Positions 39,711 through 52,965 of a stretch of DNA of 64,000 bases are shown piece by piece. This stretch comes from Yuukianura sp. NJ FZ-2021. Lineage: Eukaryota. The stretch spans positions 14,136,001 to 14,200,000 of the forward strand of contig CM102285.1 of the NCBI GenBank assembly GCA_046563655.1, written 5' to 3'. Below the pieces are notes generated by a model. That model was not told where the DNA came from. It did not search any database and worked only from the letters and a program-made list of their open reading frames with translations. The translations under genes were made by a program, and so were the position numbers. Position 1 is the first letter of the stretch, and every line of letters begins with the position of its first letter.

Positions 39711-42700
39711 GCATTGGAGGCTTAGAAGTTTGAGTTTTTATTGAAACGAGTTTAAATAGGGGGTGGGGGGGGGTTCTGAGAGTGAGGGGGGGGGGGTAAG
39801 AGAAATGGAGGCGTTTAGGAGTTAATGTGCTCCCTGAGGGGTTCCCCCTGTCTCAATTACTCCCGCGGTAAAGGGAGGGGGAGAGTGGGTGGAAGGCCGC
39901 ACAGCAACTACGGCGGTCGTTTTTGAAATCTGACTCTTCTTCATCTCGCAGCTTCCGAAAATTGTCTGGATTTAAGTCCATAGCTGCTCTAGCGTATTGA
40001 TCCCATGGACCATGGACCAGCAGCATCCGTGGGCGACAGTTTAGTTACTTCTGGTGCGTGGGTAGTCAGTTGAGTTGAATAAAATTTGAAACGATGGCGG
40101 GAAAAAAGTGGTGCTTTCGTAAAAGCGAAATGGTGCACCGTGTGCAACAGATGGAAGATTTAATTATTTATCTCCCTCCATACTTTTTTCTCTACTTTCT
40201 CTCTTTCTGAGAGTCTTTATTGGATTATGACATCTGCTGGACTCAGAGAAGCTTAAGGACAAAGCGCGCCAAAAGACAATTTCGAGCCAAAATTTTTGTC
40301 TCAAGGTGAACTTTCACACGGCGGCAACTCTTAATCGACTTTTTCGCAGTTTTTTTTCGTAAAAAGTTGGATATTTGATAGAATCAATGACTTTCTCCAT
40401 TCCTACTATGTATATTTTTGAATGGAGACTTTGTTCTGGAAAATGATCTCCTGGGAGGCTGTTTGGAGTGACCTTTGACCTATTTCCATTTTGAAAGTTC
40501 CCTCCCTAAGCACTTTCCCTCCGGAAGAAACTTGTTGACAGTCAGAGCGGTGCAGTAGTCTGGAGCGTTTTGTGAAATGTAGGGAGAAAGTTAAAACTTT
40601 TTGAGCTGAATAAGCAGAGAATGTAAAGCCTTTTAACCAAAACTGAAAGCATTTCGATGCTTAGAATTTATTGGTTTTTGGTTAGATTCTGTCAGAATTT
40701 CAAAATTTGTTGCACACGAAAGGCAAACTTTTGGACAAAAAATTATGGAAACTGAAAACCTGAAACTTTCATTCAAAATTTTAGAATTTTAGTGCTTCGA
40801 TGTTATTGTTGACAAGTTTGGTTATATTTTTATTGTTACGAAAATATTGATGAATTAGTATAAATGAACCAAATCCATTACAATTAAAAATTACAACTAA
40901 ATTTTGTGTATTTTTCAAAATTTCTAAACATTTTAGTCAAAATTTTTAGAACTAGAAACAAAATACAGCTGACTCGATTTCTGATTAGCAAAAAAAAAGT
41001 TGATGAAAACAAGCCCACGAAAGTTTCTGAATTTTAAGACTAAACATTGACGAGAAGTTTGAAACTAAAAAATATTTTTATTAACTAAATTTTGATTTTT
41101 TTTTCAAAATTTTGAACGGAGAGTTAATTTTTAATTAACGTTTAAACTAATAGTCACCGCCTTTTGGTTTGTGAGGAGCAGTGACACTGCTTAAGGGAGA
41201 ACAAACACGTCACGACAACGATACGGGAGGAAGCATAGAGGTCATTCTGCGCAGACTCTGGGAAGCAAATTTGGTTTTCCAGTTTGAACTTTTTCAAAAT
41301 TTTGAAAATTTGAAATTTTCAAAATTATGAAACAATTTTTAGACAGACTGGATCGGAACAGCGAGCGCAAGAGCATTTTTTGTAAAGACACACAGAGGCT
41401 GAAGGGAAGAAATTTAATTTTTGAAACTTCCCGCGTTTTTTTTTCTCCTACAAAAACGTTTTGTTGAAAAGCTGTTTTTCTATGTACATGGCTCTTGAGC
41501 AAACGAGTCTTTCTCATGGCCCTGTGACCTCCTCCCTTGACCACGCCCACAACAATTAGGTTATGTTTAGATTAGGTTACACATTAGGTTAACTCCATTA
41601 GGTTAATTTTAAGGTTACATTTAACTGAATTTAGCTATTAGGTTCAGGACGCTTTACACTTTTATAGACTTTCTAAGACGGTTTTCAAAAACTTCTTCGA
41701 TTTTTTTCTTCGTTGTGTAGTAGTCATTTGTTAAAAACTAGAATCACAATTAAGAACTTAACTAAAGTTAATTGCTTTTAGGTAACTTTCACTTTAGGTA
41801 GCCCTGAAGGGTACGTAGGCCCTTAAGGGTATATGTTAACGCCTAACATTCATGGACACTAGACCTTAGCTTTTACTACACATTTTTTAATAAATTAGGT
41901 CATGGTTGTATTGCTTTCTTTTCAACTTGCTTTTATGTTTTATTGCTCTGGATTTCCAAATTTCGAAATTTCAAAAGAAATTTTGAAATTTCTGTTATTG
42001 CTTAGGTTTTTTTAGTATCGTCAGTGACTAGCGCAGAAGACTTGCTTAATTCGCAGTAGCTTGCGACGTACGCGCATGCGTAGCAGAGGAGAGAAGACAT
42101 TTTGTGCAATAATTTTGAAAAAGACAACAAAATTTCAATTTAATCTGTCTGGATCTGGATTTTAAAAAACAGCAACATTTTGATTTTTGATGTCAATATT
42201 TCCAAAGTTTTTTCGAAAACTGAAAATCTGGAAGCTCAAATTTCTAAAATCTTAGTTCACAAGAAAGTAGAAAGTCCATGTCGCGTGTCTGTTATTTAGT
42301 AGATGACGTTCAAAAAATGGAAGAGAGAGAAATTTTTTGAAAACCAACTTTTTAGTCCGAATTTTGAAATTGGTGAAAGTTTTTTTGACTCGTTGTATTT
42401 TGTGTGTATTGTTTTGATTAAAGTACATAAAAATCCTTAAAGAGAGTTTTATTGCTCTTGGAATACATTGAGACTTGGTTATTGCTCATTTCAGTGTTTA
42501 GAACTTAAGGCCTTTGTCATGGCTCATAACTTATTTTTAGAAAACGTTTTTATAGAAAAAGCATTTTCAAAATTACTTTTTGAAAACTTTTAAACTAGAT
42601 TCAATTTTACATTAATCACTTTACAATTGCATAGATTTGTTCAAAGTGGCTTTACTTTTTTTTAAAAATGTCACATCCTGGTAAATTCTCAGAGAAATCG

Positions 42701-44284
42701 TTCAAAATCCGATGTCACCAATTTTGAAAAGTGACTAACGGATGACATTAGTTTGTGACACGTCAAATTCTAGGGCTTGTCACCACACCTTTGTCTCTTA
42801 ATATTGGACATCTCATTAGACTCGGAAAGTGTCTAAAACTCAGACAAGTCGGACACGACAAAACTTAATTGACGGACATCACATATCAACACAATTCCAC
42901 TTAAATCCTAGCATTAGACAGTCAAAAAAGTAAGAAAAAAAGTTAAACACACTTGAAAAAAAGTTTTATAAATTTTCGAATTTTCAAAACCTTGGACAAA
43001 TTCAAAAACAACTTGTTGCGAATTGCGATCTTGTGAAAACTGAAGTGCCTCGGGCTGTTTTCTCCAAAAACTGAAGAGTTCATTGAAGTGAAAGTTTAGC
43101 AAAACAAATTTTTCCAACATTCTGTTTATTTTTAACAGTTTTTGAATGGAGGGCGTTTAGTTTTTGTTGGTATTTTGAAAATTCCCGCCAGTTTATTTTA
43201 AACTTAATGAAAGGGAGATGAAATGGTAATGATGATGGTTTTGAAGTAAGGATTTTGTAATTATAGAGAACTCTAAGCTACTCCTCTAGTGATGTAAAGT
43301 TCATTTGGAGGGAGTAACTATGCATGTATGAGAAAGAGCTAACTGTTGATTACAGCAGAAGAGCATTAGTTAGCCATTCATTACAGCCTAACCATTCGTC
43401 TTCTGAGCTTGGCGGGAAACTATGAATTTCTCATGATCTAACTGAGGTCACAACGTTTTTTCATTTTCAAATTCAAAATTCATAATCCAATTTTTGTAAA
43501 AATCCAATTCAAAAACTCCATTTTTTAGAAACACCTTGGCCACAGAATAGCTTGGGCTATGCGTTACCAGTTGCTCTTTTTCAGTTCGATTTTGAAAAAA
43601 TGAAAATTAAAAAAGCCAATTATTTTGTTCCGTCTGATGAATTTTGAAAAGGAAAATTTTGGTTACGAACTTTGTAATTAAAGAGAGGCAAACAACGTCA
43701 ACCATAATTCTACACAAGTTTAACGATTATTTGCGACTCTTATGCTAAGCTTACTTGAAAATTTGAAAAGTTTTTCAAAAAGTTTGTTTTTTGAAAAAAT
43801 CGATATTTCTAAAAATAGATAACCCCTAGAACGTAGAGTTTGGACTCGTGTGATTTCCTGGTGAATGGAGATGAATAGAAGAGAGTTTCTCCATCTGAAG
43901 TCTAATCGTCCTAAAGACTAAAAGTACTATGACTAGAGAGTGATTAGTGAAAGTGAAATAGAAGAATAGAGGCAGATTAGAATAGAGACAGAGGCAGAAG
44001 AGAGTGAAGATGAAAGTGAAAGTAGCCAAGGGACAGAATTCTACAGCAGCGATTTCATTTTTGGAAGAGGAAGAGGAAGGGCTGCTTTGTAAGCGACAGA
44101 AAGAGAAGAGAGACAGACAAGAAGACAGACAAAGGTCAGAGGTCACACAGAATGTGAATAGAGTGACAGTTACAAGAGAAAGAAAGTCCAACGTCCAAGG
44201 AGGACAGTTTGACCATGAAGAGTGAAAAGAGGATAGGAGTTAGTATAGAGTAGATAGAAAGTTTCATTACACTAAGGGAAAAAA

Positions 44285-44650
44285 AGTTAACCCGAAATTA
44301 ACCCGGATTAGCATAGGGCTAACCGCGGTCAGCGTTAGACTAACCCGGCCTAGTTTTGGAATTAGCCTGGGGCTAACCCGGATTAGCATTAACTTAATCC
44401 AGATTAAATTTGAGTTAACCCGTTTAACCCAATCTTGACCCTGAGAAGACTAGATTATTAAAAACGACTTATTCCTGGCGTTAACCCTGATCAGGGTTAA
44501 CTCATCGTAGAGCATGACTTTCTGCGTTCTAGACTAAAGTTGGGACTAGTGAAGTGTTTTCTAGTTTTTTTAGAGAAAAGTTAACCCATTGACCTTTGCA
44601 TATACGAAGGTTGATTAGCCCACATTTCTGGGTTAACTAGAATTAACCCT
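44285..44650. repeat. TTAACCC/GGGTTAA-rich degenerate repeat region containing a perfect 22-bp palindrome
   Basis: Many (C/T)TAACCC(G) words in both orientations; GTTAACCCTGATCAGGGTTAAC at 44480-44501. Confidence 0.7.
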
Positions 44651-47600
44651 GGTGGAGATTTTACAAACTAAAGTCCATTTTTATAAAAGTGGCTAATCTC
44701 TCGTTAAGACTTTGAGAGTGCGACGACCTTCCGAAAGTTTGTAGAAGTACAAAAGCCTATTGTTAAGTTGGTTTAAGGTTAGGTTAGACTTCTTCTAGGT
44801 TAGTTTTAGTTTGTTTGCTACACTTTTGTACAAGTGGAATGTTTGGAAAGTACAGAGTCTGGACTTGTAGAGTCCAGAGGACTTAAGTCTGTGAACGTGT
44901 GAGTGTCCAGAACTCAATCAAAGTCACACTTCTACAAAAAGATCCAACAAAAGACTTCCTCTGGAGCAGTCAAGTCTTCAATTACTACAAGGGCTTAGCG
45001 TTCAACAGAAATGGAAACTCTAGGCTCAACAAATGTCTAAAGAAAGAAGAAAAAAAGAGAGAAAAGTGAAAATTTTCGGTAAAACAAATTTTCGAAATTA
45101 GGTCTTCAAATTATCCAAAATTGTCGAGAAAAAAGTGATCAAAATTATCCAAGGCTTTTGAACTATCAAGGAAAAATTACTTTCTCTCAAAAACCGAAAT
45201 TTTACTAAAAACCGAAATTTCGGTTTTTGGTCTTAAATAATTTAGCGCTGCTAATTGCTTACTATTTACTCTACGGAAGATCGAATCAGTGATTCTGCTG
45301 TGAGGTAAATATGGGCCAGAGCAATTCAGAATTACTCCCATATTTAATTATACTCTACGCAATTAACTTTAATTATCTTAGTAATAGACTATAATTAAAT
45401 TTTAATTGTAAGTATAAACCTAAAATAGATTTTAATCTAGCAATCCACACTTATTAAAAACCCTAAAAGCCTAATTCTGGATTAACTTTTGCTAAAAAAG
45501 TTACTCAAATTGTGTTTTTTGAAACTTTGTTACTTTTATTCGTTGTATAGTGAAACATTTCTCGTTGACTTGTGATGAAAGTCTGAGTGTTTTTAAAAAG
45601 AGTACTTTCAAATTTCGTAATTGAAACTTTTCAAACCTTGGAAATTGAAATTTTCCAAGGTTTTGTTGTTACTGTGGAAAATGCTATAACTTTTGAATGA
45701 ATAATTTTGAAAATGACTATTGCTCCATGACTGGACTTTCTCCAAATGACTATGATTACACTTCGATAAGGATTTCATTAGACTCTATCCGCCTCTCAGC
45801 TCATGCATAAACTAAGCTTAATTTGACCTGTAATTGTCAGCTCCGAAAAGTAAGCCTAAATTTTCAAAAAAGTATTGCGAAACAAAATTTCCACAGTTTT
45901 TAGGAAAAGTGAAAGCTCTAATTTAAATATTTTATCTTCTAATTATTTTTTGTCGAAGAGTTTATGACTTTTAGGCTTAACTTTTATTTTCTAAGGACGT
46001 TTTTGACTGATTTTGTTTAAAAGTTAGGTAAAAATTATTGCTAAAAAGTACGACTTGTGTTGTGTATTGCTTTCGTTGTTGAGTGACTAAAAGTAAAATG
46101 GACTAAAGTGAAAGTTAATTTTAAGTTAGATTTTGAATTAGTTGCTGATTTAACTCAAAAGTTGTTGCAATTTAAACACTTTGAGAACCTGGGCACAAGG
46201 AGGCCTTCGGATATCAAATGTCTTTCCTTTTAGTTATTGCATACAGCAGTTTCGTTTCTAAAATATTATTTTTTCAAAATTCTAAAAAGTCTATATTGCT
46301 TGCGTTGCAGTTTCATTGAAATTTGTACATTTTTAAAATTTCTAAAATCTAATGATTCTAGCAGACTTTCACCTTGTTTCTCTCTCTTCCATTTCAAGTT
46401 GTGCTTTGACCTAAGTTGAAATCCAGACAAAAATTTAACTGAAGAAAAACACTTCCAAAACGAAAATTCAGTTTTCATAATTCTCTGATGCCTTAGTTTT
46501 TTGAAATTTTCGAATTTCAAGTTTCAAGATTTTTCTTAAAAATGCTAACCTTTTTTTTCGAATCACACGAACCATCAATATCAACTTTCTCTTTTCCAAT
46601 AATCGTTTGCCACTAAAAGTGAAAGTTCTAATTTCAAAAACAGATTCCTTTGAACACTGCGCATTCTACAGGTATTTTCCCTCTTTTTGAAGCAAAGTCA
46701 GCAAAACGCTTTACAACTCTAAGCATTTTCTTCCATTTTAAATTTAATTAATTTTGAGTTTCCCTCCAGGAATTACGCTGACTCCACAAGCAACCTGTTC
46801 CTACTCCTCCCCATGCTTTCTCCAGTCAACAGGAAAACACCGTTACTCAAACTCTAAACACGAGATTTCCAGGCCCAAACTAAAAATGACTCAAACCGTT
46901 AAACACAAAATCCTTAAAAAACCCGGGCATTTTCAGGTTTAACAACTTGAACAACAAGGAAGCGGGAGCGAAACCCCTAAGCTTTCTCTTTTTTTCTGTT
47001 TTTCGCAAAGTGGCAATTTTCTGGCATGAAAGGTTATTTTAATGGGAATGTTTCATTAACTCTACTCTATTCTTTCTCGTTCTCTTTTGCCATAAAACTC
47101 ATGTTTAAAGTTCCAGTTTGATCTTTATTTGAACGTAGGTCGTTTTCAAAAAAGAAAAAAAAATGCTGCGTAGTGAAAGCAGTTGGTGGGATTCCCAGGG
47201 GAAACTAAACTGTTAGAAGCCCTGACTCCTACTGCACTTGTAGAAACTAGAAACTTGTAGAAACTAAGGATTAGAGTAGTAAGTGACCTTCTATGGTGGG
47301 TGGGTGGCTTCGGTCCCACCAATGGTGGCTCAGTCCCACTTAAAACCAAAAGTAAAGAAAAGTGTGTTCAAACGGTGGCGCCTTGAGAGAGAAGTAAAGT
47401 CAGCACAATTACATTTTTCAAAAGGAAATCAAAAAGGAAAAAATAAATAAAAACGCAAACAAGTCGTTTAGAAATCAATGGGTTGGAAAAGTAAATAACA
47501 ACGTTTGAAACATGGAGCAAGTAGTTATATGGGTTTCTGTAGGGAGAAAGCAACAGTGTATGATTAAAAGTCCCGCAAGTTTATGTTATAACGGCCACCC

Positions 47601-49642
47601 ACTAAACTCCGCCCCCTTTTCGTTATTTTCGGAATTTCAAAGGCCTACTTTCTCCTAAAACCGCGAAAACGCAAGAACGCCAAATTTTCACGCCGCGCAC
47701 AAAATTCAAAATTGGGCTGCAAACAAAATCCGGGTTTTAAAAGTTCCGTAACTTTTAATACCCGTTTAAAAAAGTTTTGTAACTTTGCCTGAAAATGTTT
47801 TTTATCCGAAATACTTTCTCTAAAAAATTTTTTGTTTTCAAAAACACTTTCTCCGAATTGAAATTTTGAAACCTCACTGTACATTCCTATGTCCATTTCC
47901 TGAGTTTCTTTCAGCCTGTCTCTCCTCTTTTCTCTCAACCCTAATCATATTCCTCTTCTGTTGCTCTGCTCTTGTTTCCTGGAGTCTACTGTTAGGTTAG
48001 TTTCACGTTAGATTCACAAGAAAAAGAGAAAGTTGAGGTTAGGTTGGTCTCAAGGTAAGACTTTTTTGTAGAAAAGAGAAAGTTGAAGGCTTTTGATGGT
48101 TCGTTTTGATTAAAGTCTCTAGAGACCAATTGTGATGTGATTGTGACGCTGTTGCTCCTTTCTCATCCTCTTTCACAAAATATTACACATGTCTTCTCTC
48201 CTCTTCTTCTTTCAAAATAGTTACTCCCTCCCGCGCTTTTTTCTTGAGACTTTTTTCTCAGAGCCAAAAATAAAATTAAGCTTTCACTATCACCGACTGA
48301 CTTGTTGTAAGTCATGTACCACACAGAAACCATTCCAACATGTTCCTTCCAACTTTAATTACACACGTCTCACTGCCGACTTTCTCTCATTTTTTCACAT
48401 TCCTTACGTCTGTCTCGTCATCTTTTAATAAATGCCCATCGGGAAAAGGCGGCAAAACTCAAAAAGAGGCAGAAATGAAATTTAGTGCTATTTATACTCA
48501 GTTTTTAGAAAAAAAAGACGAAAAAAAAACGCTTTAAAAATGTTTTGAACTTTCTCTTTTAGAAATTTAAAACTTTCTGGATTTTGGGTACCAAAGGAGG
48601 TTTTTATGTTCCAAATTTTTTTTTGAACAAAATTTAGAATTTTTGTGTCCCAAGAGTCAGTTTTCGTTTTTCAATTTTTTTTGTTCTTGTGTTTTGGTAA
48701 TGGAAAAAAGTGTAAATTTATAGTTGTTTTGTTAGGGTAGTCTGAGTGTAACAGAGTTTTTTGAACTTTTTTTTTGAAAAGTCACTTTTTTTTTTCAAAA
48801 AGTAAAATAGTGTAAAGTGACTTTTTTGTCTTGACGTGAGATTGCATTTTGGAAGTTGAATAAAAAAGTATGGAAGAAGGTAGGTAGTGATTCCATTAGT
48901 GGAGAAATCAGATAAGAAAGTGAGGGGAGAAAGTCAGCCGAGAAGAGCCAAAGTTTTTCCATTCCGCAACGGCGGCAAGATTTGAACTTGGGCTGGAACT
49001 AAGTTGGAATGGCTTCATCTCCCGCCATTTTCAAAAACAAAAAAACATTTCCACTGTTCCTGTTTTTCTCTCAACAGTCAGCCTTAAAAACTATCCTTGT
49101 TTTTAAACAACTTTTCCTAACTCTGGTCACAGTTTTAGTCACACTCTGTAGTTTCTCCGGAAGAGGACAAAAAAGTTATTGGATTTAGCACGTACGAACT
49201 GAAAAAGTAATTTCCATTTTACGATTACCATGTGACGACTTCTGGAAAAAGCTGCGACTGCTATTTGCTGGAGAAAAGAAGTTTTCGGCGCGGGAAAATC
49301 CCATTTTCGTTCAACAGTTTTCAAAAAAAGTCTTCGTAAATCCACAAGTTTTTGTTCAACAAGTTTCAGCAGCGATAGACTTTCACCGACGATGCCAATT
49401 TCAACGTTGACTTCGTTTTCAGCGGCGACGTGAATTTCAGCTCAGACGCGGATTTCCAGTGACGTCACGATTCGCGTCGTCGGGAGAAATTAGCGAAAGA
49501 GAGAATTTATCTGCCGCTTGAGATTTTTTGTTCCTTGCCAATTCTGATTTGCGTCCACTCTTCAGTTCGTTGTAAATCTTCTCACGGTTTGCGGTAGGGC
49601 GTCAGTGCATTTGCGTCGCGTTTTCTGCGTCTGCGTCGTTTT

Positions 49643-52600
49643 TTAGCTCGTTGTAATTTCTACAATGACTTCTACAGGTGGAATGGGGTCACTGACTACA
49701 TTGGGCAAGACTTCTTCACAACTTGATCCATAATCCAATTCTCCCTCTTCCAATTCATCTCCTTGTTCTCCCGCTTCTTTGAAACAAGCAGAGTCGTAGT
49801 GTTTGTTCAAATAGGATTTGAGTGCAAATGACTTGTGACATCTTTTGCAGGAGTAGTTCTTAGCTGCCGAGTGTGTTTGCATGTGTGCCCGGAGGTTTGA
49901 CCTGTCAGCAAATGCTTTGCCACAGTGTGCACAGCCATAGGGTTTCTCCCCTGTGTGTGACCTCATGTGACCTTGCAGGAGCCACGGTCTCGAAAACGCT
50001 TTGCCACACACATCACACTTGTGATGCAAGTTATGTGTTAGGATGTGCATAGCAAGGGCGGGCATACTCACATAGGCTTTGCCGCAAGTTGGACATCTTT
50101 TTGCCGACTGAGAGTCCAGACTGCGATGAGTTTGTTTGTGGCGGGACAAATTTGAACTGGTAGCATAGTGTTTTCCACACTCCGAACAGGTATAGCGTGC
50201 CTTTGACCCGCCCCCGCTCCCACTCCCGCCTGTAACTGATGGACAACTTTCGGAATCCGATTCGGAGTTTTTGTAGTCATCTGAGAGTGGATCTTTCGGT
50301 AGTTGGGGAGCTGATGTCGGTGGAGCCTTTTTCTTAGACCGGCCATCCGAAACGAAAAAAGCTTCGTAGGTGTACGAAACGGTACGCGGAGTTCGTGGTG
50401 TCGTGTTTGAAGACGAAGTTGTGGAAGAAGCTGAGGAATTCGGTGTTTCGGTTTCACGAATATGAATTGTCGGATGATGAGAATCGGTAACGTCGACTTC
50501 AATCGGGGGCGGGGGTGGGGTTGAACCGAAATTGGGCGGGTGGGAAGCCGATGATGACGTGGGTGAGGCAGAAGCTGATGAGGGGGGAGTGGGTGGCAGG
50601 AGGAGGGGGGAGGATGCGCTAAGATCGAGAATTGCATGCGCAGTTGTCAAGTCTTCTGGTTTCCGTTCAAATAGGGAAGAACAGACTGTTTGAAGTCTCA
50701 GTTTCTCTTGTTCTACGGCCATGATGGATTCGGGGAGACAGTAAGGTCGGTACAGGTCACGTTTCTTGGGAGGCGGCAAACAACCGAACCGGGAGTACCG
50801 GTTTGACGGTGTGTTTCGAACGGCCATCGGTACGACGTCCATGTCCATGTTTGTTACGTTCGGTTCTTCAGCGGATGTTCCATGCCGTTGTGGAGGTGGT
50901 GACTCTTGCAAGTAGCCTGAAAGAAAAAGAGCGGGAAATTCAAGTTTCGAAAATGTAAGAAAATTCAAGTTTCGAAAATGTCGGAAAATTTAAGTTTCGA
51001 AAATGTCGGAAAATTCAAGTTTGGAAAATGTCAGGAAATTCAAATTGGAAAATTGTTGGAAATTCAAGTTTAGAAAAATTCGGAAAATTCAAGCTCAGAA
51101 AAAACGGTAAATTCCAGTTTAGAGGAAAGCTGGAAATTCAACTATGAAATTGTGGAAAATTCAAATTTTAAGAAAATGTTCGGAAAAGTTAAGTTTAGAA
51201 AAACGAGAGACTTAAATCCGAATCGATTTTCGATTTGTATTGTCACACTTTTTTTTCTCCTCCACCTCCGTAAAATCGTTTGAGCAAAACGACACGACTG
51301 ACTTCCACTTGTATGACCTTGACTGGAATTCAAAATGTCACGGGAGAATTCAAGCGAAACGTTAAAAGTAAACAATGGATTTAAATCTGGCGCCGATTTC
51401 AATTTTCCTACTATTTTTCACATTCTACTTTCCTTCTTTCTCCGACATTCCTACTTTTTCTTGCCAAAAACACAATCATTTTACTTTTCAGTGCTTTTTC
51501 AACTTTCGTGGGGTCACGACCACCGTAAATTTCAAACGCTCAGTCCCGCTTATTTCAAAAGTTGTCCAGCCTGTCTGAAACTGGACATTTGAGTGACTGG
51601 TCAGTCCGAAGACATTTCCACACAACACCCGTCTAATTAAGGGTGACAGTCTAATGGGTTTTTACTGTCCGACGAAACAGTCTGAACCGCATAGCGGGAA
51701 TGTTTTATCCGAAAACCGGAGACTTTAGCCGAAAACAGTCAACAAGTCTTTCTCTTTTTTCGTTGTTTTCCTTTTCCTGTTGCTTTTGTTGCCTATTTTT
51801 TAATAATTTATATTCCAGTCTCTCCTTCTTCCTCTCTCAGACGTCTCACCGTCGCCGTCGTCATCGTCATTTCCTGAGACTTTCAGACTTTCCAAGCTCT
51901 GACAACTGAAAGGTTCGGATTTGGCTTCGGCCCAGCAGGAAAACCGGGCTTTCACTTTTTTGAATTTTCTTATTGAGCTTCAAGAAAAAAAAATAGTTAC
52001 TCCCGCCAGCTCACTCACACCAGTACTACCCCCTGCAGAGTCCCGCCAGCTCTAATTCCCTGTTTGGGTTTTGGCGGAACTTTTCAAAAAAACGAAAAAA
52101 AAAAGCAGAGTTGAGACTTGTTTGTTGTGAAAGTGGAAAGTGAAAGTGTCTAATTAGAGACATCGACTCTTTCCTTTGATCTTCTACCAAAATCTCTCAA
52201 CCTCAGAACCCATCACTTTCACTTTTCAAAAATTTACTCAAAATTAAAAAAAATAAAAATTAAATAAAATTGAAAAAAAAAGAAAATTGAAAACTGTTTT
52301 TCAAAATTATTAAAGTTTTGTAAGAATCTCAAAATTTTGGAACCCATTCTGAGGACAACACTTTCTTAACTTCTTTCTTAAATTTTTCTTTTAAAAAGGA
52401 TTTTTAAGAAACTCTTCCGGATGTAAACTTCAGCATTATCGAAATTCTGAAATTTTTTTTTAAAAATTGACGTTACATTTTGGAAATTTTTGAAAAACTC
52501 AATTTCAAATATTTTGTAACAATAAGCTTGTATTAAGAAAATCAAATTTTGAAAAGAGAATTGATGTTTCGCTTACCATTGAAGAGGACAGTGACCTTCC

Positions 52601-52862
52601 CCGCTGTTGGACCTGGAAGCCACGACGGTGGGGGAGAATTTGGAGCCACCGTGGTGGGTCCGCCGTCGGTGGGACTCGCTGGCCTCCAGCAGTGACTTGT
52701 GATTGGCCCTTTTTCTGTATCTGGAGGACTGTTGACCTTTGACCCCGCTTTGACCTGGGCGTTGGTCAGCTTCTCCCTGTTGCTCTGCTCTTCTCTGTCT
52801 CGCAGCTTTTCTTTTTCGTAGGCCACCGTCTTCCATTTTTTGGCCATGAAGCACCGTGGCAT
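49643..52862 (-). CDS. scrt: Scratch-family (Snail superfamily) zinc-finger transcriptional repressor; complement(join(49643..50916,52577..52862)), 519 aa
   Basis: Exon 1 begins [11 protein letters not shown] (arthropod scratch N-terminus) and ends at the donor G|GTAAGC (52577/52576). The acceptor TTTCAG| at 50917/50916 keeps frame (NG-YLQE). The Scratch domain [16 protein letters not shown] is followed by five fingers ([106 protein letters not shown]). Confidence 0.96.
50932..51142. repeat. 25-bp minisatellite GAAAATTCAAGTTTCGAAAATGTCG in the scratch intron, next to the 3' splice site
   Basis: About 8 copies that degenerate away from the exon. Confidence 0.88.
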
Positions 52863-52944
52863 TTTCTCACTGCCTGAACTCAAATTTTCTCAGTTGACCT
52901 GACTTTTGGCCGACTTTGGCTGACTTTGGTCAGTTAAACTTAGG

Positions 52945-52965
52945 AGGTCAATGACCTTGTGACCT
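52945..52965. promoter_or_regulatory. Perfect IR1 nuclear-receptor palindrome AGGTCA-A-TGACCT fused to a DR2 (TGACCT-TG-TGACCT); candidate EcR/USP element
   Basis: The sequence AGGTCAATGACCTTGTGACCT lies 83 bp upstream of the scratch ATG. IR1 of AGGTCA is the consensus ecdysone response element. Function is inferred from the motif only. Confidence 0.5.

Noticed and set aside
43826..44225. Hydrophobic membrane-protein-like ORF on the minus strand
   Set aside because: An artefact of a purine-rich (GA) low-complexity tract; non-ATG start.
50031..50637. Alternative-frame ORFs 50031-50246 and 50068-50637
   Set aside because: They are shadows of the GC-rich scratch exon 2.
50917..50968. N-terminus [17 protein letters not shown] of the 441-aa ORF
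   Set aside because: It is intronic minisatellite and polypyrimidine tract; the real exon begins at 50916.
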